Shown here: positions 1-15,070 of the stretch, piece after piece
Numbering within the stretch: position 1 is the stretch's first letter
Layout: the number at the start of each line of letters is the position of its first letter
Source: the human T2T-CHM13v2.0 reference genome, Homo sapiens
Reading direction: 5' to 3' (one strand)
Length of the DNA stretch: 64,000 bases
NCBI RefSeq assembly: GCF_009914755.1
Contig: NC_060927.1
Position numbers and translations under genes: made by a program
The notes under the pieces: generated by a model
Told to the model about the DNA's origin: nothing
Databases searched by the model: none
The model's input: the letters and a program-made list of their open reading frames with translations, nothing else

Positions 1-2
1 CA

Positions 3-497
<495 letters not shown>

Positions 498-599
498 CCC
501 CAAACTCCTGTCTAAGGCCAGACCTACACTGGGGCTTTATTAATAGATACCATCCCCTCCCATCAACTCACAAACACTCCTGCAGAGATTGACCCATTT

Positions 600-1170
600 C
601 TCCCCTGCAGTCATCAGTTTTTCTCCTCTGCTCAATCACTCCTTCAGCAGATAAACATGCTACAATTCTCCCAGCTTTAAAACAAAACAGACCCCTAGTG
701 CTCCAACATACCAGTTGAGTTAACACTCATTTGTCTGCTCTTCTTCACTCCAGGGCTCTCTGAAAGAGCTGTTATTATTGTTTCCAGTTCCTCCTCTAGC
801 CCTCCTCTTTCTAAATATACCAGACATATTCCCATTTGCTGTTCCTTCTTCCTACAACACCCCCACCCCATACCTGCAGGACTCACTCCATCACCACATC
901 CGTCTTTGTAAAAATATCACTTCACTGAGGCCTTTTTGCCCTAAAAATTTCATGCACACATACAATCTTTGGCATTCCCTTTCCCCCTCTACTGTTTTTT
1001 TTTCCCCTAACACTTATCACCCCCTGATATATTATTTCAATTACTGTTTCTTTTTCTCCACTGACTCCTACCACTAGAATGAAACCTCTATGAGAACAGG
1101 GAATTTTATCTGTTACATTCACTGCTATATCCCTGGTAGCTGGCACTCAGTGTTCAATTGATATTTGTTA
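600..1170 (+). mobile_element. L2 3' fragment
   Basis: Ends in an L2-like terminus (ccactagaatgaaacctctatgagaacaggg...gatatttgtt). Confidence 0.55.
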
Positions 1171-1745
1171 GTAATTGTCACTTTGTATAGGGACTTTTGT
1201 TTCTATGTTATATTTCTGTAGTATTTAAATTTTTCCTTACAACCAACCTTATCCTTTTGTAAGAAGAAAAAAATAATAAAGGTAATTTTTCTAAATTCTC
1301 TTAGATACCCTAAGAGATTCCACTATTTTAGCCAGGCTTGAGCCCCTGAAACCAGGCTTCCCAATATGATCATCTTCAGAAATTGGATAAAATTACGTGT
1401 GTAAACTGATCACTTCAGAAGCTCTATTATACCATATCTTGCAGTCCTTCATAAGAACTGGGAATTACATAGAGATCTTTGAATCAGTCATCTCCCTTGA
1501 GATTGCCAGCAAACCGTAACTAGTCTAGCCTTGGTCTGAGGAGTTATTCTGTCATCCCCTCTCATGGATCTACTTTTGGAGACCACAGTTAAGGTGTTTA
1601 CCCTGGGAGGTGCTTTGGCATCCAAGAGACGTATTTGTCGTACTTCCAGCATAATGCTCATTGTCACCAGCGTCCTTGACTATCAGTTCCAAGCTCCTGT
1701 TTTGACATCTGTGAGTTCAACTCCCACCCACAATTACTGAGAAAT

Positions 1746-1761
1746 CATACACACATACACA

Positions 1762-1792
<31 letters not shown>

Positions 1793-1793
1793 T
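1746..1793. repeat. (CA)n microsatellite, interrupted
   Basis: Direct reading. Confidence 0.95.
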
Positions 1794-2564
1794 CTCCACC
1801 AAGGAAGACACTGGGGCAGAGTATTTTATAGCACCAGTCACCAGGCACTTATTTAACATGGCAGTGTCAGTGAAATAGAATCCCTTCATTTCTTTTTTCT
1901 CCAACATATTTATAGGCCAAAAATGAATTATTATGGTCTGTAATGAGCAATCTCTAATTGAATTAATTCCTCAAGGAGAGAGGGAAGAAAAAAAGCAGAC
2001 TAAGAAGTACAGAGAACTCTAGACACTAGAAATTCTAGGGATCCCAGAATTATTATTCCTGATCATTTTAGGCTCTAATTCTTCCTTGCTGCCCCAGATC
2101 CTAGAACAACATCTACCCCAAGTATTAGGAACACTGAAAAGCAAAAACACCAGATTTTGTGGGTTCTTTCTGTTATTAGTCATAGAATGTGTTCCCATAA
2201 TTTGGAGGCAATTGGAGCAAGACACAAAAATGCTTATTAGGTTTCCTCTATCATACACATGCTTTCCTATTTTGCTGCAGCCAGTGAAGTCAAGGCTAGA
2301 GAATTAGGCTGGGAACAAATAAACTATAGATAACTACCACTACCTGGCCTCCTTTCCCCCACCAGTGTTTCATTATTTAAGAGTGAAAAAAAAAATAGTA
2401 ACACAGAACAAGCCACTAAATAATGAAGAAAACACCAAGTTAGAGCAGAAAGGTTATGAAATCTAGTATTAACTAATTAGCTTATAATCAGTTGGCTCTC
2501 ATAAGGCCTATTTACAGGGATATTTTAAAGAAAGTCTGTGATTCCAAGCTGTTAACCCTTTTGA

Positions 2565-2934
2565 TTTATTTTCTATTTATTTTTATTTCAATAGGTTTTG
2601 GGGGCACAGGTGGTATTTGATTACATGGATAAGTTCTTTAGTGGTGATTTCTGAGATTTTGGTGCACCCATCACCTGAGAAGTGTATACTGTGCCTAATG
2701 TATAGTCTTTTATCCCTCACCCCCTTCCCACCCTTCCTCCCAAGTCCCCGAAGTCCATTCTGTCATTCTTATGCCTTTGCATCCTCATAGCTTAGCTCTA
2801 GCTTATAAGTGAGAACATACGAGTTTGGCTTTCCATTCCTGAGTTACTTCACCTACAATAGTAGTCTCCAATTCCATCCAGGTTTCTGCGAATGCCATTA
2901 TTTCATTAGTTTTTATGGCTGAATAGTATTCCAT

Positions 2935-2981
<47 letters not shown>

Positions 2982-5900
2982 ATGTATGTATGTATGTATG
3001 TATCACATTTTGTTTATCCACTCATTGATTGATGAGCATTTGGGCTGGTTCCATAGTTTTGCAATTGCAAATTGTGCTGCTATAAACGTGAGTGTGCAAG
3101 TATCTTTTTCATATAATGACTTCCCTTCCTCTGGGTAGATACCCAGTAGTGGGATTGCTGGATCAAATGGTAGATCTACTTTCAGTTCTTTAAGGAATTT
3201 TCATACTGTTTTCCAGATTGATTGTACTAGTTTACATTCCCACCAGCAGTGTAAAAATGTTCCCTTATCACCACCATGCCAATATCTACTATTTTTTGAT
3301 TTTTTAAATTATGGCCATTCTTGCAGGAGTAAGGTGGTATCGCATTGTGGTTTTGATTTGCATTTTGCTGATCGTTAGTGATGTTGAGCATTTTTTCATA
3401 TATTTGTTGGCCATTTGTACGTCTTCTTTTAAGACTTGTCTTATTTGTGTCCTTAGCCCACTTTCTGATGGGATTGTTTGGTTTTTTCTTGCTGATTTGT
3501 TTTGAGTTCTGTGTAGATTCTGGATATTAGTCCTTTGTCAGATGCATAGTTTACAAAGATTTTCTTCCACGCTGTGGTTTGTTATTTCTTTTGCTGTGCA
3601 GAAGCTTTTTAGTTTAAGTAAGTCCCATCTATTTATCTCTGTTTCTGTTGCATTTGCTTTTGGGTCCTTGGTCATGAAGTCTTCACCTAAGCCGATGTCT
3701 AGAAGGGTTTTTCCGATGTTGTCTTCTAGAGTTTTTATGGTTTCAGGTCTTAGATTTAAGTCCTTGATCCATCTTGAGTTGATTTTTGTGTAAGATGAGA
3801 AATGAGGATCCAGCTTCATTCTTCTGCATGTGATTTGCCAATTATTCCAGCACTATTTGTTGAATAGGGTGTCCTTTCCCCACTTTATGTTTTTATTTGC
3901 CTTGTCAAGGATCAGTTGGTTGTAAGTATTTGGCTTTATTTCTGGGTTCTCCATTCTGTTCCATTGGTCTATGTGCCTATTTTGGTGACTATAGCGATAT
4001 AGTATAGTTTGAAGTCAGGTAATGTGATGCCTCCAGATTTGTTCTTTTGCTTAGTCTTGCTTTGGCTATGTGGGCTCTTTTTTGGTTCCATATAAATTTC
4101 AGGATTGTTTTTTCTAGTTTTGTGAAGAGGGATGGTGGTATTTTGACTGGAATTGCATTGAATATGTAGATTGCTTTTGGCAGAATGGTCATTTTCACAA
4201 TATTGATCCTACCCACCCATCCATGAGCATGCGATATGTTTCCATTTGTTTATGTCATCTATGATTTTTTTGGCAGTGTTTTGTGGTTTTCCTTGCAGAG
4301 GTCTTTCACCTCCTCGGTTAGGTATATTCTTATGTATTTTATTTATTTTGTTTTTTTACAGTTATTGTAAAAGGGGTTGAGTTCTTGATTTGATTCTCAG
4401 CTTGGTCTCAGTTGGTGTATAGCAGTGCTACTGATTTGTGTACTTTGATTTTATATCCTGAAACTTGACTGAATTCCTTTATCAGATCTAGGAGCTTTTG
4501 GATGAGTCTTTAGGGTTTTCCAGGTATATGATCATATCAGCAAACAGCGACAGTTTGACTTCTTCTTTACCTATTTGGATGCCCTTTATTTCTTTCTCTT
4601 GCCTGATTGCTCTGACTAGGACTTCCAGTACTATGTTGAATAGAAGTGGTGAAAGTGGGCATCCTTGTCTTGTTCCACTGCTCAGGGGGAGTCCTTTCAA
4701 CTTTTCCTTGTTCAGTATAATGTTGGCTGTGGGTTTGTCATAGATAGCTTTTATTACCTTAAGGTATATCCCTTCTATGCCGATTTTGCTGAGGTTTTAA
4801 TCATAAAGGGATGCTGGATTTTGTCAAATGCTTTTCCTGCATCTATTTGAAATGATCATGTGATTTTTGTTTTTTATTCTTTTTCTGTGGTGTATCACAT
4901 TTATTGACTTGTGTATATTAAGTAATCCCTGCATCCCTGGTATGAAACCCACTTGATCATGGTGGATTATCTTTTTAATAGGCTGTTGGATTCAGTTAGC
5001 TAGTATTTTGTTGAAGATTTTTGCATCTATGTTCACCAGAGATATTGGTCTGTAGTTTTTTTATGTCCTTTCCTGGTTTTGATATTAGGGTGATACAGGC
5101 TTCATAGAATGATTTAGGGAGGATTCCCTCTTTCTCTATATTTTGGAATAGTTTCAATAGGATTGGTACCAATTCTTTGAATGTCTGATAGAATTCAGCT
5201 GTGAATCCATCTGGTCCTGGACTTTTTTTTGTTGGCAATTTTTTTTTATTACCATTTCACTCTCTCTGCTTGTTATTGGTCTGTTGAGCTTCTGTTTCTT
5301 CCTAGTTTAATCTAGGAGGGTTGTATATTTCCAGGAATTTATCCATCTCTTCTAGGTTTTTCAGTTTGCGTGCATGAAGGTGTTCATAGTAGCCTTGAAT
5401 GATCTTTTGTATTTTTGTGGTATCAGTTGTAATATTTCCTGTTTCATTTCTAATTGAGCTTATTTGGATCGTCTCTCTTCTTTTCTCGGTTAATCTCTCT
5501 AATGGTCTATCAATTTTGTTTATCTTTTCAAAGAACCAGCTTTTTGTTTCATTTCTCTTTTGCATTTTTTGTTGTTGTTTGAATTTCATTTAGTTCTGCT
5601 CTGATCTTTGTTATTTCTTTTCTTTTGCTAGGTTTGGGTTTGGTTTGTTGTTGTTTCTCTAGTTCCTTGCGGTATGACCTTAGATTGTCTATTTGTGGTC
5701 TTTCAGACTTTTTGATGCAGGCATTTAATGCTATGAACTTTAATCTTAGCACCACTTTTGCTGTATCCCCGAGGTTTTGATAGGTTGTGTCACTATTATT
5801 GTCTGGCTCAAAGAATTTTTTAATTTCCATCTTGATTTCATTGTTGACTCAACAATCATTCAGAAGCAGATTATTTAATTTCCATGTATTTGCATGGTTT

Positions 5901-7155
5901 TGAGGGTTCCTTTTGGAGTCGATTTCCAATTTTATTCCACTTTGGTCTGAGAAAGTACTTGATATAATTTCAGTTTTCTTAAGTTACTGAGACTTGTTTT
6001 GTGGCCTATCATATGGTCTGTCTTGGAGAATGTTCCATGTGCTGATGAACAGAATGTATATTCTGCAGTTGTTGGGTAGAATATTCTATAAGTATCCATT
6101 TAGTCCATTTGTTCTAGGGTATAGTTTAAGTCCATTGTTTGTTTGTTGACCTCCTGATGTGATGACCTGTCTAGTGCATTCAGTGCAGTATTAAAGTCCC
6201 CCACTATTATTGTGTTGCTATCTGTCTCCTTTCTTAGGTCTAGTAGTAATTGTTTTATAAATTTGGGAGCTCCAGTGTCAGGTGCATATATATTTAGGAT
6301 TGTGATATTTTCCACTAGTCCTTTTATCATTATATAATGTCCCTCTTTGTCTTTTTTAACTGTTGTCGCTTTAAAGTCTGTTTTATCTGATATAAGAATA
6401 GCTACTCCTGCTCACTTTTGGTGTCCATTTGCATGGATTATCTTTTTCCACCCCTTTACCTTAAGTCTCTGTGAGTCCTTATACGTTAGGTGAGTCTCTT
6501 AAAGACAGCAGATACTTGGTTGGTAAATTCTTATCCATTCTACCATTCTGCATCTTTTAAGTGGAGCATTTAGGCCATTTACATTCAACATTACTATTGC
6601 CATGTGAGGTACTATTCTATTCATCATATTAGTTGTTGCCTGAATACCTTGGGGGTTTTTTCATTGTGTTATTATTTTATATGCCGTGTGAAATGTATGC
6701 TTTAAGGAGGTTCTATTTTGGTGTATTTCGAGGTTTTGTTTCAAGATTTAGAACTTGTTTTAGCAGTTCTTGTAATGCAGGCTTGGTAGTGGTGAATTCT
6801 CTCAGCATTGGTTTGTCTGAAAAAGACTTTATCTTTCTTTCATTTATGAAGCTTAGTTTAGTTGGATACAAAATTCTTGGTTGATAATTGTTTGTTTAAG
6901 GAGGCTAAAGATATGACCCCAATCCCTTCTAGCTAGTAGGGTTTCTGCTGAGAAATCTGCTGTTAATCTGAGAGGTTTTTCTTTAAAAGTTACCTGATGC
7001 TTTTACCTCACAGCTCTTAGGATTTTTTCCTTCATGTTGACTTTAGATAACCTGATGACTGTGCCTAGGCGATGATCTTTTTGCAATGAATTTCTCAGGT
7101 GATTTGGATATCTAGATCTCTAGCAACGCCAGGGAAGTTTTCCTTGATTATTCAC
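2565..7155 (-). mobile_element. L1 (L1PB-like), 5'-truncated within ORF1, degraded ORF2
   Basis: Minus-strand ORF2 peptides ([30 protein letters not shown]); L1PB-type 3' end; (TG)n(TATG)n at 2936-3003. Confidence 0.93.
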
Positions 7156-7457
7156 TCTGTTATTACCTTTTTAAACTACTCAGCCTGTTAGAACTACAAC
7201 ATGAGAAGGCTTTTTAAAAATTGAGATAAAATTCATTTTCTGGACATTTGGGTTGTTTCCACTTTTTGGCAATTATGAATGATGCAGCTGTGAACATTTG
7301 TGTATAAGTTTTTGTGTGGACAAGGACAGGCTGTTAACGTATTTAGATTTTTCCAAACAGCTGGCTGGCTTTTGTTAATCAGAAGCACCCTCATGATATA
7401 CCAGGACCTCCACTTTGATATGTAACTTTTTTTCTGTAGCATCTTCTGAGCAAAATC

Positions 7458-7511
7458 CTTTGGTGTCACTTCAGAGTGACTCTCTGTCTTTGGTGTCACT
7501 TCAGAGTGACT
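7458..7511. repeat. Direct repeat of a 24-bp unit, period 30
   Basis: ctttggtgtcacttcagagtgact at 7458-7481 and 7488-7511. Confidence 0.9.
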
Positions 7512-7758
7512 ATGCTATCTTTCTGGACCTGCTTCTAACACTAACCTCAATACAGGTCCTCACTTAGCTGAGCTGATTTCCCAGCCTCACTGTGCTATGT
7601 TTCTGTCATCCAGATTTTTATAGCTTTGCTGCCTGCATTATTCCAACTGCCTTTCCTACTCTAAGGCCTTAGCTGATGCTATCATCTCAGTCTCCATAAC
7701 CACATTCAGCTGAGACTGTTGAATGGATTTACATGTTTATATATAAAATAAAGGGCTA

Positions 7759-8106
<348 letters not shown>

Positions 8107-11100
8107 TTATACACAAATCAAAATAAGAGACTTCTTCAGACAAATGTTCAAAATTATTTTCTTTGTCCTGTGTAATCAACCCATTTTTTCTTAAAACATC
8201 CCATGTAGCTGATTTCCCCAGAAAAAAAGAATATTATAAATCACTATTGTCTTCGTTTTCAAAGGGGGAAGGGCAAGGAATAATAAGAGGGTTCAGAAAG
8301 TTCTAAGAAATCTGTCTTGGATTTCAAACTAAGCCTAACAGAATGAATTGTATAAATACAGAATGTGTTGTGTTTCACAGTTTTATTCTCTGTTTCCTAC
8401 CCAATCTCACCTTCCTTCAGGGTACATTTTAAACTTATTCCTCAGTTTTGTAGGTCCTTTCAGTATAGGGTAAGGGAGCATCTTTTCTCGCTTGGGATAT
8501 TAGAGGCTATCCTAAAAAAGAAAAAAAATATTTAGTTTTTAGGGTCATAGTGGAGAGGCCAGCTTCTCTTCCATATAACTCTGCCAGAGGGAACCTGTAA
8601 AACTCATGCCCAGCAGCCTATCCTACCCGGTTCTTTTTGAGAAAGACTGTCTCCCTTGCCCAGGCATGCTTGTTCTGGAGAAAGATATATGGAATGGTAA
8701 GGCAGGAAAGGAACCCCAGACCCAGACCAAGACAGCTGGATCTCAAATTAACAACTGATGTGTTCCAGCCACCCCCACAGCAGAGAGCACCAGTCTTTTG
8801 CCTAATGAAGCTCTCTTATCGTTGTCATCCTGAAGACTCAGATTGAGCACATGGTCCAGATAGGACTGCCTGTGTCTTCAGACAGGGAAAGTTCATGAGT
8901 GATCTGCAGGCCAAGAAGAGATGCAGGCAGCTGTGCAGGAAGTTCCTACTGGTGGTAATCAGCTAGCTTGTTAGGATGGACTTAATTATATGCTGCAGGG
9001 AGCAGGAGAAAATATTTTTTAGTTTATTCCAGAAAGACATTTGGAAAACTTTTACAGTGGCTCTTTCCATTGTAACTGCACACAGCTCCTAATTTTCCAC
9101 GTGCTCAAACTTAATTTATAACCTATGTGTTTATGATTCTCTATTTTTCCTCATTCTGGTTAGTTCCTCCAGGAGAAATCTGTCACCCCAAAACAGCTTT
9201 TCTCTTATAATTCCCAGCCCCATAGATTGTACATTCCCTTGTCATCAAAGCAGAGAGAGAAGAGAGTAGATCACAGATCATATATTTCTCTGTAGTGAAA
9301 TTCCCCTATGTTTGATCTTTTCCTGGAAAGTCACTCTAAAAACCATATTCTTTGGTGCTATATTCCAGTTGTCATGAACTCCTTGAAACTAACTCGTGTT
9401 CTCAGATCCTCTCAGAAACCAAGCATATATACTAATACTTCCATTCAAACACAAGTAAATAAGTAAAAAGCAAATAAACCAACTTCATGCTAGTCTTCCT
9501 CTGTCAATAACTCATTGCCACAGACCAGTTCTTTTCTAAGCCCTTTAGGGATCCTGGTCTTTTTGCCTCTGAATTTTTTGGAAAACATTTTGATATATCA
9601 AAACTTACCAATTATTTCCTCATCAAAAGACATGAAGAAATATTTTCTTGCTTAAGGGTATAACAACAGGGCAGGCTTTTAACCACTGTTCTGACTTTGA
9701 AACTTAGCAGATTTATAGGAAGTAAATGAAATGAAAATATTTCTTGTCCTTTGCTCCAAACCAACATTGTGCTAGAAAGCACAGTAAGAAAGAGACCACA
9801 TCTTTATCATCTCTCTAGCTTCATATCAAGCAAAGTGTCTGGCATATAAGTGATTATATATAAAAATATTTGTTGAGTAATTGAATGACTATAAAATTAA
9901 AATCTAAACTCTTGTCCTCAAGAGTTTAGACACTACTGGAAAATAATGATCAAGTTACAAAATATTACAGTAGAAGCCCTTTTACCTGAACATGATTGAG
10001 TTTGATAGTAGGGAATCATAAACTATATGTGTGTGTACTATAAAATGTCTATATAAACATTTTAACTCAGGCATTAATTTATTCTGATGTCTTTTGATAG
10101 AGGGTCAAAGCCTTTTTTCTGAGAATGAGTCTCATACATATTTAGAGTTCTGTGACATATTTCTTTGATAAATCACACTCATAATAGGTTTGTTGTCTGA
10201 TTTGTAGTTTTAGTTTCTTTAGAGAGAGAACATAGTAGTAAAGCAATTTGAATGTAGACACCTTCTAAACTTCAGTGATTTTTCTCTTTCATCCCACCCT
10301 TACCTAATTTTACAGCAAAATCTTTTTAGTAGTTTACTTTTACTAAAACTTAGGGTTTTTTTTTAATTTTAGAACAGCTTTTCTTTTCCACGCTTATATT
10401 TTGTTAGTTTATGTAATGAATTGAATAATTACTGTGAAAAGTATAACCAGCATAAACAGACTGAGGACAAATGCAGCTGACTCTTAGTAAACACACAACC
10501 CAACTACTAAGGTAAGAAATATGAGAGTGTAAGAGAAACTATTAGCCACAAATCTGTGTGTGATGGGCATTAGTTGCTCTGTTTCAGAGGAGAAATGGAG
10601 AGCTTTGGCTAAATAAGATAATATGTTAAGTGGAGTTCCTTTGAGAGACGTTACATAGTATTTCACTAAGTGCTGTATATATAAAGTTAAGAATTACAGT
10701 AAGGGGACTTAAATAAACAGGAAGCCTTCATGAAATAGCTAAATTTTGAGATGGATCTTGAAAGATGATTAGAATGTATAATTTGAGGAAAGGGAGCATT
10801 CTCAGGAAAGGAATGAACCTACTCACCTACAGCCACAGGTTGGTGTTGGGAAGGAGAGGAAATTTAAGGTGTGGTTTAATAGAATAAGCATTAAATTGTA
10901 AGTCTAAAGGCCTAGTTGCATTCCTACAAACCTTTTTGACATTTTATTTAGGAGATAAATAATGAGGGAGAAAAAGAGTATTCTAGTCGGGAGTGTAAGG
11001 AAAAAATATGGGAAAGCTACCCACCTCAAAGAATTAACATGGAAGCCCAGTGAGAGAGAAAATTGAGAAAATAAGGAACGACTCAGGATGAAGCATAAGA

Positions 11101-11491
11101 CCAGTGGTTTTCAGTTGTAATCCTCTTTCAATCATAGTACGTATCAAAAGCTTTCAGATAAAATTTGATGTGAACAGAAGACTCTGCCACTTAAAAGAAA
11201 TTCTTTAAAACACAGCTTTAGACATATAAGCCTAATGTATACATTAGAAAGAGTTGTCAGAATGTCTTGAAAAGAAATCAGTGGGAAAAAGCAGACTTAA
11301 ATTTGTAGGAAACAGTGGAAAACCAAAGAATTTAATTCCCACTAAATTAGACAAAGGTTCAGTAAAAGAGGGTTGTAAGCTATTTTTTTGTTTTAATAAT
11401 GTTTGGTGTATATTTTCTAGACATAGAAAAATATTGAATGATGTGGTTGATTGAAAATAAATATTGAAATCTAAATATAAAATGTGAGAAA

Positions 11492-11810
11492 ACAGCCCTC
11501 TGTATCAATGTGTTCTACATCTAGTTGGAAAATATTTGGGGAAAAAAGTATGGTTGCATATGTATTGAATATGTACAGACTTTTTTTTCTTGTCATTATT
11601 TCCTAAACAATAGAGTATAACAGCTATTTACATAATACTTATATTGTATTAAGTATTACAAGTAATCTAGAAATGCTTTAAAGTATATGGGAGAATGTGA
11701 GTAGGTTGTATGCAAATATTACACATTTTATGTAAGAGACTTGAGCAGCTGTGGATTTTGGTCCGTGGAGGGTCCTGGAACCAATCCCCACAGTTACCAA
11801 AGGATGACTT
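11492..11810. mobile_element. MER2-like Tigger-family DNA transposon
   Basis: Matches recalled MER2 (tgtacagactttttttcttgtcattatttcctaaacaat...ggtcctggaaccaatcccc). Confidence 0.8.
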
Positions 11811-12429
11811 TACTTTATGATTCACTTACAAATAACTATATGAGGCAGATATTTAATATATGATGAAATAATAGGTATTTTAAAAATCTTAACTGATTAA
11901 AGCTTCTCAAAGGAAGAAAACTTACAAATTCAGTATGTAGTATGTCATTGCTGTTTGATCATCTTTTGTCCTTTTTTTAGCCAAATTTCACTTGCTTATA
12001 TGTATCTAAAACTTTTCTATGGCATTCAGTTGTTCTACTTTCTTAATACTTCCAAGAACAAATTTTCAAATATGTTCATCATCAGTTCAAGAAAATGTTT
12101 GATAACTATGATAGTCTTTTGCTTTAAAAAATTTTACATCTGAGATCAACAGATCTTTTTGTAAATTCCCATTTGAGAATGAAAGTTTCTGTTTTTCCTC
12201 TTGTTTTGACTAGAGAGATCTGGAAAGATTTGGGTATTTACTTCCCTTCAAATAAAAAATAAAAAACTATTCTTAATAGTTTCAAATTCGAAGTTCAGCA
12301 GCCTGTTCTTTTTTTTATAAAATATTAAAGAGAAAAAGCCGAAAATGTTCTACATACTCTTTTTCTTCTAGTTTGAGAAGAAACTGCTTTATGTGGATTG
12401 ACACCTCACATACCCTGAGTTTAAGAAGT

Positions 12430-12843
12430 TAGCATTATCTGAGAAGGTACTATTTTTAGGTCCAGCTGTAATGTTTCTAACTTTGGTACACAGAGTGGTG
12501 GGTGCTCCCTTTCCCAGAAGGCTCCATATTCTCAACATGTGCAGGTCAATTTGACATAAAGCTACCAACAAGGAGCAACAGGCCCACTGCAGGCTGTGTT
12601 TATAACTTGAAAATTATGAGCAGGTATTGGGAGCCACAGACTGTATTTGGGAACCAGCTGCATGTCAGGACAAGCATAGATTGTGGTCTGTGGAGGCTGG
12701 GAGAGCACAATGCTTGAATTTCATTTCTTTGGGAGATAAGAAGAAAAAATACCTTCCTACCTGACAAGATTGACAACTTGCTAAATCTGATTATCTTCAG
12801 AAGTGTGCTGGACAGTTGCGAAGTAAACATTTACTTTTCAAAG
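12430..12843 (+). promoter_or_regulatory. Putative internal PR72 promoter/5' region with muscle-type motifs
   Basis: Repeat-free DNA upstream of the PR72 ATG; GATA (TTATCT 12435-12440), MEF2 (CTATTTTTAG 12450-12459), E-boxes CAGCTG (12463-12468, 12655-12660); TSS cannot be determined. Confidence 0.55.
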
Positions 12844-12975
12844 ATGATGATCAAGGAAACATCTCTACGAAGGGACCCGGATTTAAGGGGAGAGCTAGCT
12901 TTCCTGGCAAGGGGCTGTGATTTTGTTCTCCCTTCACGGTTTAAGAAGCGGCTGAAGTCATTTCAGCAGACACAG
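12844..12975 (+). CDS. PPP2R3A: PP2A B''alpha, PR72-isoform first coding exon (MMIKETSLRRDPDLRGELAFLARGCDFVLPSRFKKRLKSFQQTQ, 44 aa)
   Basis: ATG at 12844 (aagATGa, A at -3); 132 nt; donor CAG|GTTTGA at 12975/6, phase 0; peptide recognised as the PR72 N-terminus. Confidence 0.93.
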
Positions 12976-12990
12976 GTTTGAAATTTGGGT

Positions 12991-13026
12991 GTTTTGTTTT
13001 GTTTTGTTTTGTTTTGTTTTGTTTTG
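12991..13026. repeat. (GTTTT)n just 3' of the PR72 donor
   Basis: Seven perfect copies. Confidence 0.9.
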
Positions 13027-14914
13027 AAAATATTTTTATTACTAATAAAACCATCCAGTGAACTAACTCACAAGTAATTTTACAGCTCCCTTGTATCTTG
13101 ATATTAGATCAAGGAATTAATGTGTGTCCTCTATTCAGCTATTTGCAGAAAGCTATTTGCAGAGGGATTCCAACAGGTTTAAAAATAGACCTTCTGGACC
13201 TGGAGTACAGTACTCACATTTTTCTCTTGTAGAGAGGGAATCCAGTTTTAGAGACAACAAATACAACTTAATGAACATTTTACAATTTAGGTAGAAAATT
13301 ACCGGAATTTTTCATAGAAATATCCTTGAGAAACTAGAATTTCTGTATTAAAAGCCTTGTTTGCACTTTGAATCAATAGATTATATATTAGCGTGCATAC
13401 ACATCTGTAACAAATGTTTGTTTAAAAAGTATGTTAATCCTGGTAATCTTTTTTTAAAGCAAGACGTATTTGTCTATATAGACAATTGTGTATGTGTGTG
13501 TCGTAATGTATGTAGATAACAAAGACTGGTGGTTACTTCTAGATCATTAAAAATGTCTTCCCTAAGCAAGCTGTGCAATTGAGTCATTTCTGCCTATGAT
13601 GAGTACTTTGCAGAGTCCCTACTTTCTTGCTTAAAACCTATGGCAGTGTTTCACCAAACAAGTGCCTAACATTGACTACAATATAAATCAAGGACTGTAC
13701 AAATGCTGGCCATCCAAAATCCAGCAAGAAACCATAGTTTTATGGTTATTCTGACCCAGAATAATCTCAAATTATTTGGGTAAATATGAAATTGCTTTTT
13801 TGTAGGTCAAAAATGATCAAATATTGGAAATGCTACAGTGACATAATAGCACAAGGATACTATTCTGAATGAATATCTAAATGATACTGTGTTTATAGGG
13901 AAAGACAAATGGAGAATTGAAGTATTTTACCCAGCTAATTCTATTCTAATGCTGCTCCTAGACTGGACTGAAACCACTGTATCCAAAGTGAGCAGATGCT
14001 AAACTTGCTAGTAAATCTGGCAGAATTTATGTTACTAGGTTTTCTTCCATAATGTTTGTAAACTACCAGTTTTATTCAGCTACTTTAAGGTTTAAATTAT
14101 ATATCTCCTGTAGAACTCAATAGAAAGTAAATTGAGTATCCAAAAGCTCAAAATAAATGCATTATTTTAATGTTATTTTCCTTTTAAATATTAACATCAG
14201 TTTTATTAAATATGGAATTGACCAGTGGATTAATAGTTGCCTATCAGTGAATTGCTCTGTGTTAAGTACACTAAGAAAAGCAGAACAGAATATTTTATAA
14301 TCAGATATTTTCCCATTCAAATAAAATCTTTGGCAGCCAGTGTTCTGAATATCACTTATTTCTGTCAAAGCAAAAGCGTAGAGTTAACATTGAAGACCTT
14401 GCTGTAAACCTTTCCCACTAGTATGTATTCATGAGACTCTCAGGTTTCATCCCTGCTGGCACCAGTGGTCTTAATTCTATGGGCATAACTGCCCTAGATG
14501 TGACACCACAGAAAACATTGGTGATTGTACACCTGAACCTCACAAATCTCTTTCAGCATAGAATAATGGAAAAGGAATGACACTAATATAAATGGTCTAG
14601 GTAAAGCCCCTGAAGAATTCTGTGCCTTACTTTAGAATTTTAAGAACACTTTGAAGAATAATAATAATTTATTGACTTACGGGACTGTGTAATATTTACA
14701 GATTTAGCATTAAGGCAGAGAGAAATGTTTATTGAAAATGGATTGTCAATTTGTTAACTCAAAAGTGGTTTGTAAACTTCAAATTGCTTTACATATGCAA
14801 ATGATTATTTTATTATTGAATCTGAAAGATTATGCCAAATTATGCTTCATCTAATTTTTTGAGAATCTCATCCTTTGGTCTTGTCATTCATCTTCTTACA
14901 TGATAGATGGATCT

Positions 14915-15070
14915 CTGCCCAGCACTGTTCTAAACCTTTTACCTATATTACATCTTGTAATTTCCTTTAATCCTCACAACAACCTTCTAAGAAGTAGACA
15001 TTGTAATTTCTGTTTTATTATTGAAATTCCAAAAGGTTAAGTAACCATTTTGAGGTCACAGAGTAGTAAG
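14915..15070 (-). mobile_element. MIR fragment
   Basis: ttaatcctcacaacaacc...aaggttaagtaac...aggtcacagagtagtaag core. Confidence 0.65.

Noticed and set aside
12778-12843. N-terminal extension of PR72 from the TTG at 12778
   Set aside because: Artefact of allowing alternative start codons; the ATG at 12844 matches the recognised N-terminus
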